A stretch of 62,195 bases of DNA, filler included, from Basidiobolus ranarum (taxonomy: Eukaryota), in the NCBI GenBank assembly GCA_040143965.1. It is 11 parts of 11 records of this genome, joined end to end, with 100 filler letters (N's around TTAATTAATTAA, not from the genome) between each part and the next. Parts side by side here need not be neighbours in the genome. Positions count along the whole stretch, not along the records: positions 51,003 to 56,550 come from JASJQH010008432.1; positions 56,651 to 62,195 come from JASJQH010008433.1; 9 more parts are not named here. One strand, 5' to 3'. Of this stretch, positions 51,480 to 62,195 are shown one piece after another. The notes beneath the pieces were generated by a model. That model did no database searches. It saw only the letters and a program-made list of their open reading frames with translations, and was not told where the DNA came from. The position numbers were made by a program, and so were the translations under genes. The first letter of the stretch is position 1. Each line of letters begins with the position of its first letter.

Positions 51480-54400
51480 GATTTTGCTGTAACATAGTAC
51501 TATTGGCCATACTTTGATCATAACAAACAAGCCTGTTAAGCATAGATGAAAGTTTGAGGTGATTTGGAGCGGTTTTGGGAAAATAGTGAGAATTGGCAAA
51601 TGTTATCCATTTGCTACTTCAATTGATTAAAGCAATTAACACACATTTTTGAATGGCAGAGTTGAGTGCTAGATAATCACAATGTGAATAATATAACTAC
51701 TAAATAATGAGTTACCATGAACCTATTTTCAACATTCCCTCTTAACTAATTATTTTGTTTTACTTTAAAACCAAAATTATATTTAATAATTCAAATTGTG
51801 TTTCAGCTACAGGTTTGTTTCAGGTGTCAGCAATCATTTTTTTCAGTTGGGCAATAGACAAGTTCAATTATATCTTTCTCTAATGCTTCTCTAACAAAAT
51901 GATACCTAATATCTATATGTTTTGTTCTAGCATGAAATGTAGGGTTTTTAGCTAATGAAATACACCTTTGATTATCTTTGAATACAATAATAGAATGTTT
52001 TTGCATGTATCTGTAAACAGCTTGCTTAACTGCATAGCTTCTTTTGTATTAGCAGAGGCAGCTGTATACTCTACTTCAGTAGTGGTAAGTGCTACAGTTG
52101 GTTGCTTCCTACTATTCCAAGTTAAGGCACCATTACCATAGAGAAAAGTGTACCTAGCTGTTGATCTTCTATCATCAACATTTCTTCCCCAGTCCACATC
52201 ACTGTAACCTTCAAAATTCTGTGCATCAGGAGTGGCAGAGTATTCCAGAACTAGACTCACTGTTCCTCTACAATATCTGAATATTTGTTTTACTGCAGTT
52301 TTATAATCAGATCTTGGATTTTTCAGATATTGGCTGAAAGTTCCCACTGCCACAGCAACATCTGGATGTGTTCCAGCCAATGTATACATGAAACTACCCA
52401 ACATGCAATGACAAGGGAACTCCTGGCTGTGATTTGTGTCATTATGGGCCAGATTAAATAGACTTTTGATTAACTTCACCTTGGGATACATTGGTGTTGA
52501 TACGGGCTTGCTATTCTCCATGTCAAAGTGTTTGAGGATGGCTAGGATGTATCTAGGCAAATTCAGCATTATTTTCTGATTGGGTTTATCTCTCTTGATG
52601 TGGATTCCAAGAACAAACTTAGTTCACCCATATCTGTCATCTGAAATTGGTGTGATAAACTGCTTTTTGTCTGATTAAGTGCTTCTAGATCATTTGTAGC
52701 AATGATCAAGTCATCTAAATATAGTGACAGGTTGAGGATCCTATCTCCTTTTGTTTGGATGTAAATACTGTGATCTACTGGGCATTTTTGTAATTCCAGT
52801 GTTTCCAAATAGGTATCTATCTTGCTGTACCATGCCCTTGGCCCTTGCTTGAGTTTATACATCAATTTTCGCAACTTGCAGACCATAGCAGGGTGTTTTG
52901 GGTCAACAAATCCCTCTGGTTGCTCCATATTGATCTTGGCTTCTAGATTTTTGTTCAGAAAGGCTGTTTTTACAGACATTGGATGTATATCCAGGTTATG
53001 GATGGCTGAGAGTGCCAGGATTGCTCTAACAGAGCTATATCTAGCTACTAAAGCAAATATTTCATTAAAATGACCTTCTGAAGTTTGGGAATAAACTTTT
53101 GCTACTAATCTTGTTTGTACTGCTCAATGGTTCCTACAGCTGAGTTTTAAACTCTGTAGACCCATTTGCAACCTATTGGCTTCTGAAGTGAAGAAAACTC
53201 ATCAGACATTGCTTTTTCCCATAATTTCTATTCTGAACACTCCAGAGCTTAATCTACATAATGAGGCTTGTCATAGAATGCTGCATAGGCTTATATAGCC
53301 TCATTGGAAGAATTCCACTAGTTTGCTGGCATATATCTCCATCTGAATGATTTTGTAAGTCCTGGATCAGCATGTGATGTAACTGGGACTAGAACTTTGC
53401 TTGAATTGGGCTCAGATGCAGCGTAAATCTTGCTAGACACCTCCTGAAGAGTGCAATTTTTTTTTGGATCCAGAACTATGATAACAGGTGAAAAATTTGC
53501 TTTTGATTAAAAATCACTTCTCTGCTCTTGATTAACTTCTGAATTTTTGTGTTAAACAGTGTTTTAGCCTTATATCCATCACATTAACCAAGAAATATGC
53601 ATTTTCTGCTTTTGGATTTCATTTAGAGTTTTTTGAGCTGGAATCAGGTAATATGAGATGCAACCAAAGATCATGAGATGATCCACACTTGCTTGGATCC
53701 ATACAGGCTTCAAATGGAGTAGAGTTTTGTAGTAACTCTAATGGGCATCCATTTTTGATATAGACTGCAGTGGAGACAGTTTCAGCCCAATATTGGCAAT
53801 CTAACTCTTGATCCTGTAACATTAAAAATGCCATCTCCATCATGGTCCCGTTAGCACATTCCGCAACTCTATTTTGCTGTGGAGTATAAGGTATTTAGTT
53901 TGTTGCTTAATCCCATTTTTGGACAAAAACTAGAAAATTATTCAAATCAGTATTCTCCACCATTATCACTCCTGAGTAACTTTATTTTTTGTGCTGATTC
54001 TTTCTCCACCACCTCTTTGTAGTCTTAAAATGAAGTGCAGGCTTCAGATTTTCATTTGGGAAAGAATACCCAAGGATGTCTAGTTGTGTCATCACCTAAG
54101 GTCATAGGATATCTTTCCCACCTGGTGAGACCTTTGAGTTTTGTTCCCAGTAGCTAATTAGGTAGCATTCTGATCTGTGATAGTGCATACAGCCTTGCTG
54201 AACTCCAAATTTAGTCCCTGAGTTGTTGCTTGGCAAACTGAAAGTAGATTCTTGGCTATCTTTGATACATAGGGTACATAATCCAATTTTGCAGATGCTG
54301 TAGCAATACTTTGGTCTATATTGAGCACAACTGTGCCCTTAACAACTGCATTTAGTGCATAGTCATTACCTAAGTAGACTTTCCTTGTTTGGATGGGTTT

Positions 54401-55650
54401 TTGGCTTGAAAACCAATCTTTCTTATTTGACACATATTGGGTAGCTCCAGAATTAATGTACCACATTTCTGACTCTTCTTCAGTGGTTACTGCTAGGGCA
54501 GATACAAATAGATGATCCCTATCAGTGCTTACCTGATTTGCTAGTTCCAATTTTAGCTTTTTAGCAAAATTCCTTGTTCTGCTCTCCTTGATCAAATGGC
54601 CTGGTTTCTTGCAATACTGGCAGAAGATTAATTTTTTATCAGGGGCATCATTATTGAAGCCTGTAGGATGCTTTACAGCTCCAAAAAAAGCTCATATTGT
54701 ATTATTTTGCTGAGAATTAAATTTCCTTAATTCCTCATTTAAAAGCATAGCAACAACGTATTCCATTGTCAATAGCTCCAATCTTGATTTTAGGGCATTT
54801 ATGAGGTTCCCAAATGTGTCTGGTAGGCTCCCAAGTAGTGTCAGGACTAAGTGTATCTTCATACAGAGGTGCTCCAATGAATGAGAGCTGATCTGCCATA
54901 GTTTTTATTCAATTTACATGATTAAGCTTAGTATCATCAGAATTTATCTGAACTGAGAATAAATTTCACCTAGGATGTAGCCTATCAGCCAGACGTTTAG
55001 TCACAAATAGTCCCACAAGTGTTTCCCAAGCATTTTGGACATGCTTGGCTGATTGTATGTGCCACAGTTAAGAGTCTCTGTGATGTAGACAAAGTGTATA
55101 GAGTGCTTTCCTTGGCTACTTGTGTAAGGCAAGGATAGCTTCTGGTGGTCCCTTTAGCTCTATTTCTTCTCCTGTACCAAATCCCCAAAGGTCCTGGTTT
55201 TCTAGCCCCATTTGCATATTGAACTTCCAACAATGCAAGTCTTCACAATCAAGCATGTCTGAGGATGCATAAATACTGACAATAGTAGTGGTAGGCATTC
55301 TTTTAACAGCTAGCTTTGGGCTCATAACCTGCTGAAAGTGTTTAGTGAATTTGGAAGTGTTTTAGAAAATGTTTGGATTTGTGATTTAGACAGATGAGTT
55401 TTATTGTATTGAATATATCCTATTTATAGTGTACTATGAAATATGAATATTTGACCTGGCTAGATCATAACAAATGTGCCTGCCAAGCATGGGTGCAAAT
55501 TTGGGATGATTTGGGGAAATTTTGAGAAACCAATGATAATTGGTAAAAGTTATCTAAATGATATTTTGATTAATTAGAGAAATGTACATATATTTTTGAA
55601 TGGCAGAGTTGAGTGCTATATAGTCAGAATATGAATAAACTAACTAGCAG
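51480..55650 (-). mobile_element. Near full-length decayed Ty1/copia element (family B)
   Basis: The 5' LTR ends at 55330, with PBS GGTTATGAGCCC at 55329-55318. Then gag (CQYCKKPGH), protease WYINSGAT, integrase (LRSDNGGEY, PQQNRVAE), RT (KTAFLN, YLDDLII) and RNase H (YSDVDW, TTTEVEY). PPT AGAGGGAA precedes the 3' LTR, which starts at 51734. Confidence 0.92.
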
Positions 55651-56550
55651 CTAAAGAAGTACTCAAGGAGCAGGAATGCAATAAATCAATGGGAAAAGCA
55701 AAGGAGCCAGTGAGTTTTTGCCTTACTGTCTCACATACCAATTTTTTATACTATTAAAAAATCTGTATTTACAGATTAAGATGTGCTGGCAGATACACTA
55801 GCATAAAGGCTTAATTTATCATGGAGCCAAGAACACCGGTTGGAGGAGTGCTAAATACAGAAGTTTATGCAATACTTGGCACCTTCCAACAAGTCAAAAC
55901 ACCAGCAAATGAAACTCATGGCTCTCTAACCTCAACTGATACTTTTCAAAGTGTTGAAAAAAGCCCCAAGCTGAAAGGAAAGGAAAAAACCCCACAAACA
56001 CCACAAAGTACCCTCAGCAGTGTCACACTAGAAGTATATATTAAAATTGTCAAAGTGCTTGAGGAGTATTTCCAAAAGTGTGAAGGGAAGAATGCAGGGC
56101 AAGTATGCTGAAAGTGGCTTCAGAAGAGGAACTTTCAACTTGACATTCCATTTGATGTTGACTGTGCAGATATCTGCAAAGAACTTAATACAGAGTTGCA
56201 CAATTTTGCAGAGTATTTGCCAGTTAGCTGGAAGAATATTGATTTAGCAATGTTAATCCAATGGTGGGCCTTAATGGAGATTTTGATACAAACTTGTGTA
56301 GTATATGAGCTAAACCTTGGGTATGAAGAACTTTATGAAAACACTCAGCAGAATATATCAATGAAATTGGGGATTTTAGAGGTAACAAATTAGCATTCAA
56401 GTATTGAATGTGTAAAATTTGAGTTACATTTTTTGCACTTGTGTTGATCCATAGTTCTCTGAGAATGTAGCCAATCATGTGCAACTATTTTGCAAGATCT
56501 TGCTATTTCACTCTTGAAACTGAAAAAATTGATCAAAATCAAATCCAACT
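55651..56550 (+). mobile_element. CACTA accessory ORF remnant
   Basis: MEPRTPVGGVLNTEVY...EEYFQKCEGKNA...LGILEVTN. Confidence 0.82.
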
Positions 56551-56650
56551 NNNNNNNNNNNNNNNNNNNNNNNNNNNNNNNNNNNNNNNNNNNNTTAATT
56601 AATTAANNNNNNNNNNNNNNNNNNNNNNNNNNNNNNNNNNNNNNNNNNNN

Positions 56651-58019
56651 GTGGCTTCAGAAGAAGAACATTCAACTTGACATTCAGTCTGGTGTTGACC
56701 ATGCAGATATCTGAGAAGAACTTAATACAGAGTGGCACAATATTGCAAGGTATCTGCCAGATAGCTGGAAGAATGTTGATTCAGCAACATTAATACAATG
56801 GTGGGCTTTGATGGAGATATTGATATAAACTTGTGTTGGGTATGAGCTAAACCTTGGATATGAAGAACTCTATAAAAATATTCAGGAGAATATATCAAAG
56901 AGACTAGGGATTTTGAAGGTGACAAATCAGCATTCAAGTGGTAATTGTGTTAAATTTGAATTACATTTTTTGCACATGTGTTGATCCAAAGCTTTCTGAG
57001 ATTGTAGCCAATCATGCACAACTATTTTGCAAGATCTTGAAATTTCACCCCTGAAACAGAAAAAATGATTACAATCAAATCCAACTTGATGATTTTATGA
57101 TGGTAAGTAAACAGTCAATCCCAAATAGATTAAAATTGTGACAGTTTTCCTACATTAACAATCTTCCAACTTCAGTTTGGGGCAAAAAAGCTTAATTTAC
57201 CATGGAACCAGGTACACCAGTTGGAAGAGTGCTAAATTTGGAAGTTTATCTAACACCTGGTACCTTTCAACAATCCAAAGTACTAGCAACTAAAACCCAT
57301 GGCTCTCCAACCTTGACTGGTACTTTTCAAAGTGTTAGCTCCAATCTCTAAGGCAAGCAAATATCTACACATACAGCACAAAGCACCCTCAGTAGTGTCA
57401 CACTCCAAAGATATATAAAAATAGTCAAAATGCTTAAGGTGTATCTTCAAAGTATGAAGGGAAAAACACAGTGCAAGTATGCAGAAAGTGGCTTCAGGAG
57501 AAGAACATTCAACTTGACATTCAGTCTGGTATTGACCATGCAGATATCTGTGAAGAACTTAATACAGATTAGCACAATATCTCAAGGTATTGGCCAGATA
57601 GCTGGAAGAATGTTTATTTAGCAACATTAACACACTGGTTGACTTTGATGGAGATATTGATACAAACTTGTATTGGATATGAGCTTAATTTTGGGCATGA
57701 AGAACTCTGCAAAAATATTCAGCAGAATACATCAAAGAAACTAGGGATTTTGAAACTGATGAATTAGTGTTCAATTGGTAAGTGTGTAAAATTTGAGTTA
57801 CATTTTTTGCATATGGGTTGATCCATAGTTCTCTGAGATTGTAGCCAACCATGTGCAGCTATTTTGGGTGATGTTGAAATTTCACTCCAGAAACTGAAAA
57901 AATTGATTAAAATCAAATCTAACTTGAAAATTTTATGATGGTAAGTATATGGTCAATCAAAAAAGGATTATAATTGTGACAGTTTTCCTATGATAACAAT
58001 CCCCAAATTTCTGTTAGGT
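56651..58019 (+). mobile_element. Two tandem CACTA accessory-arm copies; the second ends at terminus B
   Basis: 56651-57170 and 57190-58019 are both homologous to 45352-46058. Ends AAATTTCTGTTAGG at 58018. Confidence 0.85.
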
Positions 58020-61000
58020 TTGTTATGGACTCCTTGTTTTCAGCAAGCGTTAGCTCACTCTTAACACTTACAATCAAGGAAGCAGCTTTGACTATTGAGG
58101 AAGCAACAGTTCAGTCCAATCTTAGCAACTAGGTGCTTATTGGTTTTCTTATACTTTTACCACAGTTGTTTGGCAACTGTTGCTTTACAAAGACCTGCAA
58201 CAAGTGGAAAACACTACTCAATTGTATGACTTATAAATCTTCAGTAATTAAACTACCTTCATGTCCAAACAACTGTTTGGCTTTCACTGGAGATCTGAAA
58301 AACCTGAAGTCATGTACTGTTTGCATGCAATTGCTAATGCTATCTATAAGCACCAGTGATTTACATCCAGATATCATGAATAGTATCCCAATATTATGGA
58401 TCTCATACTGTTCAGAAGGAGGAAGATCTAACTTAATTGAAATTATTGGCCATCAGGCCTTTCCAATGGTATATCTGTTTAGTGAGAAACCATCCAGAGC
58501 TAATGCCAATGCATGATTGTATGTGTTCTCAAAGAAACCTTGACTTTTCAGAATCTGGTAGTAAATTCCTTCAAGTATAATGGTAAAACTATCAGCTTTA
58601 CAATCAGTACTTTGGAATCAGATTAATAATCTATGATTGGGCAATCTCATCAGAACTTTCAAATAGTGAATCAATGATATATAAGCCAAAGATGAACAAT
58701 ATTTACCTGATTCAGTGATTGCCAATTGTGTGCAAACAGAGCATGACTTCAGGTATTTCAATTTACCAGTGAAAGCCCAACAACCATTTGGATAAGAAGG
58801 TAGTGTATTTACTGAAGGATTATAAGTAATACAATTGACAAGTGTTTTCCACTTGTGCCAGGTCTGTGACAAACAACAGTTGCCAATTAACTGTAGTAAA
58901 AGTGTTAGAAAACTAATAAACATCTAGTTACTAAGATTTGACTGAACTCTCCACTCCTCTATAATCAAAGCTGCTATCTCTACTGTAAGTGTTATGAGTG
59001 CACTAATGCTTGCCAATAATGAAGAGTCCATAACAAAACTGTCATCTTCTTCTCCAAGTTCTGCTATACTATAATTGGTACTAGAATAACCATGGTCAAC
59101 ATCTAGCAGCAAGTCCTCAAAGTTGGCTGGACTTACTGGTTCAACCAAAGTTGCATTTTGACCTACATCATTCTGGTCATATAACTGTGGTAACTCCATG
59201 GTATCTTGATTTTTGGCCTTGTTACCTAAACTTTGAGGCAAAGTACAGTCAGTGGACTCAGTGCGCAAAACTAAAGTTGATTTTGTGCACTTATTACTAT
59301 TGTCATCCACCAGGCGTTGGCAGCTGGTGGCTTTGTACAATTACTGTGTTGTGATTATTTTGTTTAAAAGCCTCCAACTATCATAGCATAAGCATTAGTG
59401 ACAATAGTAGCAGGTCTTCTTATATGTTTGTGTTGTGGCATGAGAGGGATATGGTAGAAAAAAGAACACCTATGTAAGGGTGGTATTCTGGGTAGAGCAC
59501 ATCAATATTGTTAGCTGATTCTGCAACAGTGTCACAGATAAGTCATCAGGGGATTTACAAGATATTTTCAGTAATGGATGGCAATTTTGGTTCTTTATAA
59601 GCTGTTTCTAAGCAATTTCATTACACCAAGTTTACCATCTGAAAATGTAAATGCCATTCAAAAAGCATTCAAATCTAAATCTAAATCAGCTTGCAAGTAA
59701 AAGCCTGCAGGCACAAAAGTAAAAAAACCAGCAAGGACAGAGGACTTGATTGATGAGTCTAGTGATTCAATATCCATTTTGGAAGGCAGTAACATGCTGG
59801 AAACTAATTCAAGAAAAGATGAAGCATTAATCAGTTTACTAGATGTGTTCCTTTCCAATGATAGGGCAAATGAAAAGATGGTAATCTCCCAATTACATAG
59901 TAAGTCAATATCTGAGCAAAGTTCAACTGAAACACTATCAAGAACTTGAACTTCCAAAATGGCTACTTTGCAACTATTGGACAACCCTCTGTAGAAAATT
60001 TGGATAGAATTATTATAACAAGGAAATTGCAGGCAGAACATCCTAATGACTTGTATGCAATCTTAAGTAAAAACTACAAAGTTGCTATACAGGCCATAAC
60101 AAGCAATAATGCCATCTAGACCATCAACTTCCAAAATAGCTACTCTACCCACTATTGAACAGCCCTCCGTAGAAAATTAGGATAGAATTATTTTAATAAG
60201 GGAACCAAAGAACTGTCACAATATTGGAAGCTTGCATTCTGCCAGGGAATTTGATGATGTGATGGCAGTTTCTAAATGGTATTTTGCCAGTATTCACATA
60301 TGTTCAAATATTGATCTTCAAATTTGGCATGCATTATTCAATATCCAGCAATTTTTGCAAAAATATAATTTTTGAATGGCAAATTACTGGGTTTACGGCT
60401 GTAGGAATTCAAATCAAGATGCATGACTTTAATTTGATTTTTTAGGCTTAATATTCCAGCCATAATGAGAATCAAAAAATACAAGAATCTTGTTGTGATT
60501 AGTCTCTACATATGCACATACTTGATAGATTAGACATAACTCAACAACATCAATATGTTTTATCAGCAAACTAAAGGTGGAAAAATTGATGAACATCTGA
60601 AATTTTGAATAGCACTGACACTTGGCAAATAGCTGACTCTTGTTACCGTTCACAATGAGAGTAAGCTCTTGGATTTTGGCAAATTTCAATTGGGTCCCAA
60701 TCAAATTTTAGCAAGGTAGGCAAAATCTTGATTAATTCTCAATACATTCATACTCAAAGATATCCATTGAGAGCTCTAGACTTAAGACACCCTGAATGTA
60801 GCTTTCATCATCTTTTGAATGTGCAATAATGTCTAAAATTACTTTTCCTTAATATACACATGAGTAAAGCAACTGTTCAAGAAATAGTAAATAAGGTCTT
60901 GCTAGAGAGTGCCTAATCATGGCAATTTGTGCTGGCACACTTGTCAGCTGGCTTGCTCTAGCTCAATAAAATGGATCAAGTCAAGTGTTACCACCTGAAT

Positions 61001-61590
61001 GCTAATTTGTCACCTTCCAAATACCTAGTTTCTCTGATGTATTCTCCTGTACTTTTATAGAATTCTTCATACCCAAGGTTTAGCTCATATCAAGTACAAG
61101 TTTGTATCAATATTTCCATTAAAGTCCACCATTATGTTGATGTTGCTGAATCAACATTCTTCCAGCTATCTGGCAGATACCCTGCACTATTGCACCACTC
61201 TGTATTAACTTCTTACCAGATATCTACTTGGTCAACACCAGACTGAATATCAAGTGCAATGTTCTCCTTCCAAAGCCACTTTCACAATACTTGTACTGCA
61301 TTTTTTCCTTCATACTTTGGAAAACACTCCTCAACCACTTTGACTATTTTTATACATCCTTGTAGCCTGACACTACTGAGGATGCTTTGTGGTGTTTGTG
61401 TGGCTTTTAGCTTGACTTTAAGTTTAGGGCTAATGTTGACACTTTGAAAAATACCAGTTGAGGTTGGAGAGCTGTGAGTTTTATTTGCCAAGGTTTTGGC
61501 CTGTTGTGAAATGCCAAGTGTTGGATAAACTTCCAAATTTAGCACTCTTCCAACTGGTGTACCTGGTTCCATGGAGAAAATAAGATTTTT
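58020..61590. mobile_element. CACTA cluster including the central region with divergent transposase (minus, ~59450-58500) and accessory-gene (plus, ~59650-60200) starts
   Basis: Tnp2-type N-terminal motif CPNNCLAFTGDLKNLKSCTVC occurs at 58260 (+) and 58740 (-). 58500-58615 overlaps 5800-5910. Further fragments lie at 60210-60690 (-) and 60990-61590 (-). Confidence 0.8.
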
Positions 61591-61599
61591 TGTTAAAAA

Positions 61600-62195
61600 C
61601 AGCTAAGCAGCAACACATTATTTAGTAGTTAATTTATTCATATTCTAATTATTCAGCACTCAGTTTTATCATTGAAAAATGTTTGTTTATTGCTCTAATT
61701 AGTAGAAATATTAATATGATCACTTTTATCAACTTTCACTATTTTCTCAAAACATCTCTAAATCACCTCATATTTTCAGCCATGCTTAACAGGCATATTT
61801 GTTAAGATCTAAGCACATCTATACTTCTTAGTAAGCTATGAATAGGACACATTCAATTCATCAAAACTTTAGTGTTTAATTCACAAATCCAAATCTTGTC
61901 CAAAAGACTTCCAAGTCCCCTAAACACTTTTATCAGATTGTGAGCCCCAAGCTGCCTGTTAAAGGATTATCTATCAGTACTATTACCAGCATTTTTGCAT
62001 CCACCAAGAAGTTTGATGGTGAAGATTTTCACCTTTGGAAGTTCAAGATGCAAATGGTGCCAGAAGATAAGGACCTCTGGGGTTTTGTTACTGGAGAAGA
62101 AATAGAGCCAAAGAGACCACCAGAAGCAGTCTGTTTGTTTCACAAGAAGCAGAGGAGAGCACTCACTACATCTTGTTTACATCTCTGAGACCCTC
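61600..62195 (+). mobile_element. Copia family B 5' LTR, degenerate PBS (61936-61947) and gag start
   Basis: The LTR ends TTTTATCA (61935), then GATTGTGAGCCC, then KFDGEDFHLWKFKMQMV..KDLWGFVTGEE. Confidence 0.87.

Noticed and set aside
5576-56650. Regularly spaced TTAATTAATTAA motif every ~5.67 kb
   Set aside because: It is an artificial linker inside N runs. The spacing reflects size-sorted contigs, so neighbourhoods across linkers and ORFs running into X are meaningless.

Overview
This window is not one locus. It is 11 unrelated contigs of about 5.55-5.58 kb each, joined by artificial 100-nt spacers (N44-TTAATTAATTAA-N44). The source is an intron-containing fungal genome. Mostly short introns, a RalGAP-alpha homologue and a bacterial-type NRPS relic point to an early-diverging (non-Dikarya) fungus, possibly Basidiobolus-like; this is inference only. 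Host genes are: LAG1/LAC1 ceramide synthase, GLT1 (partial), an SH3+TBC RabGAP, SOF1 (partial), CRM1 (partial), YPT1, an Stf2-like hydrophilin, a RalGAP-alpha N-terminal fragment and a partial secreted Cys-containing protein. More than half the window is decayed, CpG-depleted transposon DNA: at least four Ty1/copia families, a chromodomain Ty3/gypsy remnant and many pieces of one CACTA/CMC-type DNA transposon with CCCTAACA termini. The best candidate for novelty is a convergent pair of paralogous secreted proteins (41919-43945). Both have a mature N-terminal His, a conserved WPAKNH His and a QWRW...EWYTSCSD end, which together form a histidine-brace, LPMO-like signature that I cannot assign to a named AA family. 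Also notable are half-tRNA primer sites whose ATG is in frame with gag, and a reconstructable CACTA element with two divergent genes.
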